Assembly: GCA_050613775.1 (NCBI GenBank)
Contig: JBODTK010000141.1
Span: 62,001 to 126,000, forward strand
Source of the DNA: Neocallimastix sp. 'constans'
Lineage: Eukaryota
Direction: 5' to 3'
Length of the DNA: 64,000 bases
Below are positions 41,261-54,378 of the stretch, one piece after another. The notes beneath the pieces are model-generated. The model was not told where the DNA came from and did not search any database. It was given only the letters and a program-made list of their open reading frames with translations. The translations under genes and the position numbers were made by a program. Numbering within the stretch: the stretch's first letter is position 1; the number at the start of each line of letters is the position of its first letter.

Positions 41261-42993
41261 TATATTTACAAAGAAATAAAGAGCTACTTTAATGATGTTT
41301 TTTAAATAATTAATATAAAATATTTAAAATAATTCTATATAATTTTTTAATAATAATAAAAAAATCAGTAAAAAAAATATTAACAAATTAAATATTTTAA
41401 TATATTATAATTGAATTTAATTGTTTTTATTTTTTTATTTATTATTCAATTAATTGTTTAATTATTTAATAAGGATTATTTTAAAAAAATATATATATAT
41501 TTATTTATTTAAATATCATGAATAATTTGTATTTATTAATTCATATTAAATAATTAAAAAGAAATATTATGACTATTATTATAAATGTATATTAATTATT
41601 TTTTTAATATAGAATTCCAGACTTCAGTTCATTTTGTCACGTGTTTGTTTATATAACAATGTATTAGTTATATTTATACACATATAATGTTATTTATCTG
41701 CATCAATATAATATAGTTATATTCATTTAATCATCAACTATTACTTATTTATCCTTATTAACTATTAATATATATTTAGTACTTTATTTATTGATTTACA
41801 ATAAAGTATATAAAATAAAAATGAAGATCTTAATTTCTATTTATAAAATGAATTTTTAATGATATTAAATTACTAATATTTATCTACTTATCAATTATTA
41901 ATAAATATATTTATTTATTTATATATTTATATATCTATTTATTTACTATAAAGTATATAAAAATAAAAATAAAAATAAGATCTTGAAAATTTATTTTATA
42001 AGGGATGATAAATAGAAATTAATTAGTGATAATATTAAATTACTAATATGTAAGCTTTTATAATAAAAGTTTTTAAATAATTATATTATAATTATAAATT
42101 ATTATATTGTTATATTTTTTTTTAATTATCATTTCACTTTAATAATAATGAATTAAAATTATAAATTATTATATTATTATATTTTTATTTTTCTTATTAT
42201 TATTTCACTCATCTGTATTTTATTTTAATATTCTACATTTTCTATTAATTATTATGTATTTTATATAGGTATTTCTTTCATGAATTCGAATTTGATGCCG
42301 AAATATCTTTAAAACTATTCATTTGAATTGCAAATCATTTTCACGTATATAAATATTAAAATTTCTCAATAAACTATAAAATTTAATTGATAATTAAATT
42401 ATTATTCTTAATTTATGGTTAAATAAAAAAAATTTAAATATATTATTTAATATATGTTTTTAAGTTTGCTTAACATATTTTTTTTTCTTTTTTTTAATTA
42501 ATTCTAAATTGGTTTATCAAATGTGAAATATATTACAATATATATATTTAAATTAAATATTAAATTATAAAAAATAAATTAAATCTGTTAAAAAAAAAAA
42601 AAAAAAAAATTTAAAGTGAAATAAAATTATTCCTAATGAAAAATTAATAATGATAATAATAGTGTGCAACACAGATATAAATATAAATATTAGTTAATAG
42701 TAATAAAAAAAAAATGTTACTGTATTTTAAACCATAACTTTCTTTTTGTAAAAAATAAAATTCTAGATCAAAAAATTTTTATCACCTAAATTGATAGAAA
42801 TTTTTATTTTATTTTAATTTTTTTTTTATATTATTTTGATATTATTATTATTTTATTTTATTTTTAATATTATTTTAATTTTATTTGATGCATTAATAAC
42901 ATATAGTTATTCATTTTTATTAAACATTAAAATATTTATAAAAACAAAAAAAAAAAAAAAAAAATCTATTATATTCATTTTATATATTATATA

Positions 42994-43415
42994 GTCTTTC
43001 CAGTTTTTATCCTGGTAGTTAGTACTCAGGACAAACACACATAAGGTTTCTATATCCACCACCTCTGGAATTTATATGGAGTAATTTCATTCTCTCAGGG
43101 TATTTTTCCCAACAAGTGAAATTAGTGTTCGCTTGCTATGGTATGTATACTTGTTGCTAGACTGTGTATTTGCTTGTGCAGAGAGCACCTGATTTCTGAG
43201 AGGATTAGTGTAGTTGTTCCTCTATTGATGATGATTCAAGAGATCATTGGAAAGAAGCCCATCGTATAAAGCCGCTTATAGGGAATGTCTTTCATATTAG
43301 CCTTGCTTAGAGAGAGGTTGTATTGACTCCTAAACCGTATGGCAAAGAGTTCATTGAGAGTCTGAAGGCCATAGTGTTCTCCCCTCTCGTTAATCCAGTC
43401 CAAATAAATAAATAA
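42994..43415 (+). other. Unidentified island of about 40% GC, rich in hairpins, with an (AAAT)n tail and candidate TSD (SINE-like or retroposed RNA)
   Basis: Sharp composition boundaries. ATATATTATATA at 42982-42993 and 43416-43427. Several stems, many with G-U pairs on the + strand. Confidence 0.5.
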
Positions 43416-46104
43416 ATATATTATATATATCTATATATCTATAAATTAATATTCTTTTATGTTTTTATTACTTATAAAAATATTTTTAACATTGCATATT
43501 TTTATTTAATTATTATTTTATATTCAATATTATCTTTATTTTTATCATATGAAACCTAAGACTTTTTTTATAAACTTTGTTTTTACGAATGGCCAACTCA
43601 ATAATTCATTTATCTTCAACTTTTTTTTAATATTAATCTTTTTTTATATTATTATTTTTTTATTATTTAATTTTTTCAACTCAATATTTATTCAATTAAA
43701 TTAATTATTATCTACCTCTATTTAATTATTTTAATTATTGACATAAACTTGAATTTTTTTTTTTTTTTTTGGTTAATTTTTTATAATACACCACTTAATA
43801 AATTATTTATTACCACCTTTTTTTTTAAAAAATTTTTTTAATATTATTATTATTTTTTTGTTTTGCTTTTTGTTTTTTCCACTCAATATTTATTCAATTA
43901 GGTCATTATCATCTCTATTTAATTTTTAAATTACTGACATAAATTTCTTTCTATATGCATGAATTTTTTTTTTTTTTTTATTTTATTTTGTTTCAATAGA
44001 TGAAATAAAGTTTAATATATTATAAATGTATATATATGGTAATATCAACCACTGAATATTTATGAGAAAAAAAAAAGTAATTAAATTTTAAATTATTTTT
44101 AAACAAGGGGTAATATATATAATTAAAAAAACAATAATTAATAATTTTATTTCGAAAAGTTTAAACTTAATTAATTATTAAAATTTGAATTATTGTTTAT
44201 TCATTCCAAATTAGGAAGTAATGTAATTAAATGTACCATATCTATCCACATTCTATTTAATCTATGTAGAATAAAATTATTTTAAAATCAATTTATATAC
44301 ATCTAATATATATAAATGTGCATGAATATTTATAACATATTAATGTTTTATTAATAAAAAAAAAATATACTACTTTTTTTATAAATACAAAATTACATTT
44401 ACAATCCAAAAATATATGCCTTTTTTTTAATGATAGTATTTATTTTTATCATTTATTATTATTTTTGATTATTTTATTTTTAAAATTGCTTCAATTTTGT
44501 ATATAGATTTTTTTTATTTTTTTTACTTTTTTTTATTTCATTATTATTTTTTTTTAATTTCATATTCATATTAATATTTGTACTTTAGTGTTATAGCTAT
44601 TTTTATATGTAAATGATTCGTTTCGTTTTGAAGAGTTTATAAAGCTTTTTTTTACTTTTAAATTTAAAAAAATTTTTTATTTTTAACTATATTTTTCGTT
44701 CATGGTTCATATAATTTTTAATATTAATCTTCGAAGCTGAGTATATATATGTATAAATATATTAATTGGATAAATTATTATGATTATTATTATTTTTTTT
44801 ATTATATATTTAAATTTAGTATTATTTATAAATATAAGAAAGAAAGTATTAATTTCTTCTTTAAGGAATAATAAAAGTATTAAATATAGTTAAAATATTA
44901 AAATCTTTTTATATACTATAAATAATGTAATTAAATATAATTAAAATATTAAAATTTATTATATTATATGTACTAATATAATTTCTAATAATAAATATTA
45001 TTATATCATACATTTAGAAATAAGTATTACAAAAAAAATTGATGAATTTACTTTTAATTCCATTAAATTATATAATAATAATAATATTTATGTGTTCTCT
45101 TATTTTATTATTAGTTTGTTTCTAACAATAATAATGAAAAAACTTGAATTTTATTATTTTCAAAGATAAAACTTAGATCATATGAAATGTCTTTTTAAAT
45201 ATAAAAAAAAAATTATTGGTATTATTATTATCCACATAGAAATAAGTAAAGAATTTAAAGGAATTTGTTTTATTATTTGTTATGCTTTGACTTGTCTTTT
45301 TATTTATTTATTTGTTATAATTATTATATTTTATCTCAAAAAATTTGATTTTTCCCTAATTTACTAAATTTGGAGAAAAAAAAAAGATTATTATGAAAAT
45401 TTGCATAATATATTCTAATTATTTTATTTTGATTTATAGTTCTATTTTTTTTTTTTTAATAATATTTTCTAATAATTATTATTTAAATAAATATATAATT
45501 ATAATAATAAATTATTTAATTAAAAAAAATAAGATGATAAATCAATTTCATATATTATATATTTATATAAATTAAAATTAAAATTTTAATATTAAATAAA
45601 ATTACTCGATTTTTAATAATAATAAAGTTTTTTTTAATTTGCTAATCATTAAATATGTTATTTGTTATTGTTTATAATATAAACCGCTTTTTATCATTTT
45701 AATATATTTATTATATATTAACAAATAAATTACATGATTTAATTAAATTAATTTAAAATAATAGATTTAAAGTTATATTAAAAATTTAAAAAAAAATCAA
45801 TACAGTTTAGATAAATAATATTGTTTAGATGGATTTCTTTTTATTTTTTTTTAAAAAAAATAAATTTAATAAAAAAATATATATTTTAATAATATATTGA
45901 GTTATATTATTTTAAATAAAAAAATATTATTTCTTTAATATTAATTCAACTTTTTGTAATTATAAAAATAATTTATGCTTATGACATAATGTTACAATAT
46001 ATTAACAATATGTTATAACAACTTAACAATTATTATAAAATTTAATTAATAGCTAATAAATGATTAATAATAAATTATTAAAAATAAGTAATAAATAAAA
46101 ATGA

Positions 46105-46450
46105 GTAATAAATAATAAATAATAAATAATAAATAATAAATAATAAATAATAAATAATAAATAATAAATAATAAATAATAAATAATAAATAATAAATAAT
46201 AAATAATAAATAATAAATAATAAATAATAAATAATAAATAATAAATAATAAATAATAAATAATAAATAATAAATAATAAATAATAAATAATAAATAATAA
46301 ATAATAAATAATAAATAATAAATAAATAATAAATAAATAATAAATAATAAATAATAAATAAATAATAAATAAATAATAAATAATAAATAATAAATAAATA
46401 ATAAATAAATAATAAATAAATAATAAATAAATAATAAATAAATAATAAAT
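46105..46450. repeat. (AATAAAT)n heptamer tandem array
   Basis: A near-perfect 7-bp repeat, the source of the (IIYYLLF)n ORFs. Confidence 0.95.
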
Positions 46451-48482
46451 AAAAATCATAAAAAATCATAAATATTACATAATAATTAAATAATTAATTA
46501 TAAATAATAAAATAATTAAAAACTATATAATTTGTATATATTTATTTTATATTTAAAAAAAGGTTTGATAATAAAATTTGATTATTATTATATAAACAAA
46601 TTCATTCAATTTAGTAATCATAAGAAAGCGTTCAAAACAAAAAAAAGAGAGAATATAGTTGTAAATTTAAGGAATACTAATTTATTATAATCATATTACC
46701 ATAACGATTTCTTAGACTAATCTTAATTTATATATATATATATATATATATATAAAGATGCATGATTAAATGGAATCGTTTTAACATGATACTTTTTCAA
46801 GAGGAATTTTGTATTTTAAGGATTACTGGAATATCAGCAATTTAATTAATAATAAAAAATTTTAAAAAAAAAAATAAAAAAAATTAAAGAATTAATAATA
46901 ATAATATTAGATTTACATATGAATTTATTATAAAGATATTTGTTTGCTTAATTTTTTATATGAATTAAAGTTACTTAATTTATTATACTATTTTTTATTG
47001 ATATATAATAATCTAATTTAATATATTTAAGGTTGTACATAAATTTAGTAATAAAGTACAAATTAATATCCTTTTTTTTAATTTAAATTTTTTATTTTTT
47101 AATTTTGTGATATTTATTTTATATATATAAATATATTACAATTGTTTTTATTTCTTATATTTATTTATTAAAATAATTAAAATAAAATTTAAATTACAAT
47201 ATATATTCCGATTTAATTAATTATATAATTAAAATAAAAATATTATATATTAAAATTATATTGATAATTTTTTCTATATTCTATTTTATAAAGAAATGGT
47301 TAATTAAATTTTCAAAAAAATTTTTTTAATAAATAACATTTTTGGCAATAATTTTTTAAAGTTTAAAAAATATTATAATGCTCATATTACACAAAATCCA
47401 TCACCTTTCATTATTAAAAGTTATAAATTATTATATAAAATATATGTAATAAAATTTTAATTCTATATTATTTAAATATTTAACATATATTAAATTTATA
47501 ATATATATGAACATAATATATTATATATTATAATATAATATTTAAGTATATTAAATTATAATTTTATTTATATACTAATAAAATTTTAATTTAATGACCT
47601 ATTTTTTTTAAAGGAATATATATAGAATAAAATTATTCTTCCTTTCATTTTTATTTTAAAATATTTTTTTTTTCTTTTTATAAAAATATAAGAATATAAA
47701 AATAAAAAAAAAAGATATAATTTTTGTATTAAAATAATTATGCCAATAAATATTAAATATATGAATAATAAAAAAATATTATAAATTCAAGTAATTTATA
47801 TTAATATAAAATATTTATTTAAATATAAACGAATACATAGAATTAGTTTTATAAATAATTTGAATTTTATTTGAAAATAAACACAATAAAAAATTTTTTT
47901 ATTATATTTCTTTATTTTTTTTTTAATTATAAAAATTTCAATTTAACTATAGATCTTTAAATATTATTATTAAAAAAAAATAAGAAAAGTAATAAAAAAT
48001 ACAAGTTAAAGTATTTTAAAATAATTTCAATATCAAAATAAATAATTATCAACAGAAACAAAAATAATAGAAAAGAAAAAAGAGGTATTCTTTTTTCTTT
48101 TCTTCTTCTTTTTTTATATCCAATATTTTTGACATTTATATTATTATAATAAATCAATAATATTATACCTATTTATTTTTTTTTTAAGTTAAAATAATAA
48201 TAATAATAATAATAAAATAAAATATAAATAAAGCATATGTTGTATATATAATATTATTATTTAAATAAGTAATAGAAATCAGTATTCAGTATTTTGGTAT
48301 TATTTATTATATTTGTTAAATATTGTTCAATTGATAAAATATTTAAACTTTAGAAAAAAAATAAAAATAAAAAAAAAGTTGAAAAAAAAATACTAATAAA
48401 AAAATTATTAAATAAAGAAAATAAATTATAATAAAGTAAATAAAATAAAAAAAAAAAAACAAAGAAAAGGAAATAGTATAAA

Positions 48483-49463
48483 ATGAACAAGTTAAATATA
48501 TGTTTTTTCTTATTATTATGTATAATATCTATTGAAATAATATATTCATATCCAATAGAAACTAATAATAATAAAGTTTGTAATGATGGAAGTTGTATGT
48601 TAGAAGAAGGAGTAGCCGATGAAGTATTACCGGATGTTGTAGGAGGTAATTATTCAAATACTCAAAATGAAGAAAATATACCAATTGGATCAGGAAATAA
48701 TAAAGAAGGAATAAATCAAAATGATTATTTCAGTAATAATGGAAATACTATAGATAACAATAATAGAGTTAATAATAGTTCAAACAATCAAAATGATATA
48801 ACAAATCAAAATATTATTCCAAGTCAAGAAAATAGTCAGGAAAATAAGGTTATACCTAATCAAAATAAGCCTTCTGAAAAACCTACTGAAAGACCTTCGG
48901 GAAAACCTTCGGAAAAGTTAAATAATAAAATAAATTATTTACCTTATATAATAGTTTTATTAGGTATATATTATAAATGAAATTATTAAATAATTTATAC
49001 ATATTCATTATTTAATAAAATTTATTTATATTATTTATATATATACTTTTTATTTATTTATCAAATTTATTATTATTATTGTAATATTTATTTTAATAAA
49101 ATATTAATAATATTAAATTTTTTATTTTTTATTTATTTTTTTTTTAAATTTCGAAAAAAAAAGTTATATTTGTTATTATAATTATTTTAGTTGTGGCAAT
49201 AATAATTTATAAAAGAAAATATTTAAGAGAGGAAAGAGATTTAATAACTTCTTTGGATGATGATAACAAACCTGGAAATCTAATGGAAAAAATACAAGCA
49301 ATTGAAAAAGATAATGCAAATAAAAAAAATAATTCGTTAATTAACTTTAGTATGGCTAATATCATTAGTACAAGCTTTTCAAATAATGAAAGTCGTTATA
49401 ATAATGGTACATATTAAATAATATTTTTTTTTATATATAAATTTATTTATATGTTATCTATTC

Positions 49464-49515
<52 letters not shown>

Positions 49516-50647
49516 CCATTTTTTTTTACTACTTTAAATATAAATTAGAAATTTATAATTATATTAATTTATATATATATATATAGGTTATTCATTTAAT
49601 AATGAAAATAATGATTATGGTAAAACATTTGAGAATATAGATAGAGGTTTAAAGCCACCACCAGCACGTGAAAATAATACAAAGAAAAAGAACATTATTA
49701 AAGTTAAAAGTAATACACCTCTTAAAATTAGTACAAAAAGAAAATCTAAAAATTCAGATATTTCAAGTGCACAAAAAACAAACTCAGGAAGTTTTTCTAT
49801 TAATAGAACATCAACAGAAATGAGTTTAGCATTAACTCAAGGTAGATTATCTCATTGTAGTAGTAATGGAGGTTTTGGATATAAAAACAATAAATTAAAT
49901 AAACATAGTTCAGTTGCATTAACATTCGGATGTCAAGCTCTTTCGGAAAAGGAATATGATTCAACTACTGAAAGTCCAAATACTACTAGTCCAAATCGTA
50001 TAAGTATACAAACTAATAATCAAAGTTCTGTTAGTTCAAGATTAAGTAGTCAAAGAAATATAACATCATTTATTGCTAATAGAATTTCATCTTATATTAG
50101 AGGTCATAAAAAAGTAAGTAGAAATGGAAATAAAAAACAAAAAGCAAAAAATAAAAAAAATAATAATTATTTAAAAAAATAAAGCTATAAGATATCATAT
50201 TAAAAGTTACATTTTTTATTGTATTATTTATATATTAATAATTTATTTTTAAATTTTGTATATTTAATTAAAAATATTTATATATATTATATTTTATAGG
50301 ATAGTGAATATGAAAGAGGAAGTTACACAGATGAATCTTCTTCAAGGTATACTTATAACTCAAAAAGTAAAAGTTATTTGAGTGGAAATGATTTTACGGA
50401 AATAGTAAAGGATAATAATTCTCATATTTCAAATAAAAAATCTGATATTAATATTGATACTTCATTAAAAAATAAAGAAAGAGATGATTCTAATCCATTC
50501 ACATCCCCAGTAACTTCATCAGCTACCGATTTAAATGAAAATAGTTCTGAACAGTTATTAAATAAAAATCATGAATATATTACATCATTTATAAGTAATA
50601 ATAATAATGAAAAATTGGATTTATCATTGAGTATTAAAAAATACTAG
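48483..50647 (+). CDS. Single-pass type I membrane protein (signal peptide, Asn-rich ectodomain, TM, Ser-rich cytoplasmic tail); 4 exons, about 532 aa
   Basis: Exons 48483-48963, 49164-49406, 49587-50113 and 50300-50647 join in frame. Signal MNKLNICFFLLLCIISIEIIYS; TM YIIVLLVIFVIIIILVVAIIIY followed by KRK. Confidence 0.8.
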
Positions 50648-50887
50648 AATAAAATAAAATATTTAATATATATATATTTATTTAACAAAAAATAAATTTT
50701 TTTTATTTTCTTTTTTAAAATATTTTTAAAGATCTATTATATTCTATTCAGTATAATTAACATAAATTATTTATTAAAGATAGAAACAATAAAATTAAAA
50801 TAAATAAATATATATATAATTAAAAAAAATTTTAAAATAGAAAAATTTTTGAAATAGTGTATTTATATATATTTAATTATAAAAAAG

Positions 50888-50920
<33 letters not shown>

Positions 50921-51099
50921 ATGAGATAAATAAATAAATGAAATTTATATTATAATTAATTAAAAAATTAATAATGTATAAATGTATATAAATATATATA
51001 GTAGTTAAATTTATTGTTTGATGTGTAATGTATATAATATAAAGATTATTTCTTTATATATATAATGTATATATGTGTATATTATATACAGATATATAA

Positions 51100-51315
51100 C
51101 ATCATTCAATTTGTTGATGAAATTTTTATTAGTTTTTCTCTGATTGTTTATGAGAAATCATTGTACTTTTAAATGTACTTTTCACCTACATGTATTTTTT
51201 TTATAATAAAATTAATAAAGTTATGGAAGTGTATTCTCTTCCCTGTCTAAAAAAAAAAAAAAAAGAGAAATCATTGAACATTCCCAATGATAAAGAGGAA
51301 GAATTTGTTGATGAT

Positions 51316-51371
<56 letters not shown>

Positions 51372-51740
51372 TTTATTTACATACTGTGTCTTCTTCTTGT
51401 TGGAAATGTGGTATATGAAATCTTAAAGATCGACTTGTGGGGAGGGAAAAAAGTCGTTTTATTAATAATATCTTTCAATCACCTTAAAGAGAGACTTCTT
51501 TGTTGATTTAATATTTTATGGAGCTTACGGAATTTCCTTATTGATATTATGCCTATTATGATTTTGTAAATTTTACACTATGATCAATATTCTTCCGTTG
51601 TCAAGATCGTCGCTGTCGAAATGATTAGGCAAAGAAGAAATTCTGATATAGATTCGAATGATAATTTTAATCCACCTGGAGTTATCAATGAATAGGAGGA
51701 GTTAGAGGCCATTTCGTCTTCGAAATTCATAACGTAATTT
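51100..51740 (+). mobile_element. Decayed LINE 3' remnant (element F), same family as element E
   Basis: ATTCAATTTGTTGATGAAATT, TTTACATACTGTGTCT and AGGCAAAGAAGAAATTCTGA are shared with the reverse complement of 16270-16690. Confidence 0.75.
51164..51264 (+). mobile_element. 101-bp 5'-truncated LINE tail of the element C family inserted in element F
   Basis: 12-bp TSD GAGAAATCATTG at 51152-51163 and 51265-51276. The body is near-identical to the last 85 or so nt of element C and ends in A16. Confidence 0.9.
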
Positions 51741-51768
51741 TTTAATATTAATGTTATAAATAAATACA

Positions 51769-51828
<60 letters not shown>

Positions 51829-52528
51829 ATATTTAAAATAAAAGCTACTTAATTTTTATAATATTTTATTGTATATTTTCAAAACTTTCAATAAATAAAT
51901 AAATAAACAAATAAATAAATAAATAATAAAAAAATAAATAAATAAATAAATAAATATATATATATGAAATAAATTTTTTGTCATAAAAATTTTCAATTTT
52001 TGACAAATATTAAAAATTAATTTAAATTAAATTTATTTTATAATTATATATCAAAAATCGTAAATTTGATTTTCAAGAATCATTTTAGAAATTGATTGAA
52101 GAAATTAGATTTTTAAAATAGAAATTAGAAATTTTAAAAAAAGAATAGATAAAATATTTTATCATAAAAAAAATTTTTTTCCAATAATAATTGGAAAAAG
52201 AGAAAAATATTTTTTTTTTTGTTATAAATTATAAATATATAAAGATATATATATATATACAACGAAATATATGAAAAAATTCTTTTTTAATTAATTTCAA
52301 AATAATTATAGTTTAAAAAATTGAGGAATAAAACCTTTCTTTTCTTTTCTTTTTTTTTTTTATTTTTTTTATTATTATTATAAGATATATTATCAATTTT
52401 AAAAGTTTAAGAAAGAAATCATAATTTTATATTTGTTCAAAGTCAAAATTATTATTATTTAAAGATTTATATTTTATTTTGATTTATTGTGAAGATATTT
52501 TTTTTTAAAAAAAAAAAAAAAAAAAAAA

Positions 52529-53509
52529 ATGCATACAGAAGAATTTAATGAATTAAAACATGATATTCTTGAATTAAGAGATCAATTGACTCAATTGATG
52601 GACATATTTGAAGCAGTCATGCCAGAAATAGAAGAAGAAAATAAGCAAAATTTAAAAAGAAAAAAATTATTAGAATCGAAAAATTCTGTCAATGACACAA
52701 ATATTTCCAGTAATAATAATGATTATACAAATAAAAATGATAATATAAAAAATAATATTAAAATTGAAAAAAATATACCCAGCTTACAAAAAAATACATC
52801 ATCAGAATCTTTAATTTCAGATTTTGAAACTGAATTAGATAGAAATTTAATTAATGATACTGAAATTGGTAATAATAATGAAAGTGATTATAGTAATAAA
52901 AATGAAGGTGGTTATAGTAAAAATATAGAGAAATATGTTATTAAAAGAAGAAACAAATTGAAAAAAAAGAGAAACTACGATCCTAGATTCAAAAATTTAG
53001 AAGCAAGGCATACTATTATTACTAGTGATGTTTTAACAGATTTACAGTTAAAAGGTTATTCTGATGTTAAACGCCATGCCAATGAAGAAGATATTAAACC
53101 TATCAATGATCCTCTTCATGTAAACATTTTATATAATTTTGGATTTGTTTTAGATAGGGAATTCGATAAGCATAATGCCATTATTCTATTAGGTTCCTGT
53201 ATTAGTCATAATGTCATTCATATAAATATGGTGAAAAAATTAAATTTAAAAATAGAAATGCAGAAAACACCTTTCGTAGTCACCTCAAATGGATGTAGAT
53301 TTGAAAGTAATTCATATGTTAATTTAACTGTAGCAGTTAACCTTGGCAATTTTAAAAATCGAATGTTTCAGGAGGAATTTGTGGTGAGTGAATTACCTCA
53401 TCATAATGATATGATTGTTGTGGGTAAAGATTCTTGGCATGATTATCAACTCTTTCCGGTGGAACCATACGAATTTGAAACAACGGAAGATGTATTTTAT
53501 ATACTTTAG
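52529..53509 (+). CDS. Intronless protein with an N-terminal coiled coil and a C-terminal retropepsin-like domain lacking the catalytic Asp
   Basis: AIILLGSCISHNVIHINMVKKLNL resembles the ALIDSGASHNFI...VKKLGL pattern. TPFVVTSNG, FQEEFVVSELP and DMIVVGKDSW follow the retropepsin pattern (D.ILG.DWL). Confidence 0.65.
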   Translation: MHTEEFNELKHDILELRDQLTQLMDIFEAVMPEIEEENKQNLKRKKLLESKNSVNDTNISSNNNDYTNKNDNIKNNIKIEKNIPSLQKNTSSESLISDFETELDRNLINDTEIGNNNESDYSNKNEGGYSKNIEKYVIKRRNKLKKKRNYDPRFKNLEARHTIITSDVLTDLQLKGYSDVKRHANEEDIKPINDPLHVNILYNFGFVLDREFDKHNAIILLGSCISHNVIHINMVKKLNLKIEMQKTPFVVTSNGCRFESNSYVNLTVAVNLGNFKNRMFQEEFVVSELPHHNDMIVVGKDSWHDYQLFPVEPYEFETTEDVFYIL

Positions 53510-54128
53510 ATGTTTAAGAAAAATAATATATATATAAAAAAAAAAAAAAAATAAAATAAAATAATAAAATATAAAAAAATAAAATATAAAAAAATAAAAA
53601 ATAAAATATAAAATAAAATAAAAGAATATATATATATATAGTTATTTAATTATTTTATTAGAATATAAATATATATATATATATTGAAAATATTAATATG
53701 TTGAATTAGACTAATAATTTTAATAAATTCGAGATATTAAAGGAACAAATATTAATATATAGAATTGTTCTAATAATGTAACAATTTCAATATATTATAG
53801 GAACATATTTATGATAAATTCAATTTTAATGGATATTTATATTAATTTTTTTTTTTATATTTATTTTTTTTTTTTTTTTTATTTTTTTTTATTTTTATTT
53901 TTTAATTTTTTTATTTTTTTATTTATTTTTTTTTTTTTATTTTTTTCTTTATTGTTATTTTTATTTTTATTTTATTTTATTTTATTCTATGTTTATATTT
54001 TATATTAAATATATATATTAATTAAATAAAATAAAATAAAATAATTACTATATAAATAAATATTAAATTAAAAATAAAAAATAAAAAATTATTAAAAATA
54101 ATAAATAAAAAAAATTAAGATATAGTTC

Positions 54129-54174
<46 letters not shown>

Positions 54175-54378
54175 ATTTTAATATAAAAAAAAAAAAAAAC
54201 TCTGATAATAATATATAGATAAATATATAATATAATTAAAAATATATATTATATACATAAAATATTTTTTTTTTAAAATAATAATAAGTAAAAAAAAGGA
54301 TTTATATATATACATAAAAAGATAATTATATGATTTTAATTTTAATTTATATATATATATATATATATATACATATTC

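Noticed and set aside
41610..41645. E-box GTCACGTG and a 12-mer AATTCCAGACTT shared with 59711
   Set aside because: Isolated short matches far from any gene start cannot be distinguished from chance.
43245..43300. Hairpin-ribozyme loop A look-alike (TGGAA-AGAA-GCCC...GGGAAT-GTC-TTTCA) and a hammerhead-like TTGATGA...GAAA nearby
   Set aside because: Helix 2 is out of register and there is no loop B domain. The hammerhead core lacks C3 and has extra bases before GAAA.
43005..43370. U3, 5S, RNase P/MRP or telomerase RNA identity for the island
   Set aside because: Only isolated short matches (TGATGA, CTGA, GTTAGTACT, CCTAAACC), without the required order or spacing.
40758..46469. Hydrophobic I/Y/L/F ORFs, and the 40.9-41.2 kb repeats as a CRISPR-like array
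   Set aside because: They derive from stop-free AT tandem repeats. The intervening sequences are themselves repetitive, there are no cas genes, and the context is eukaryotic.
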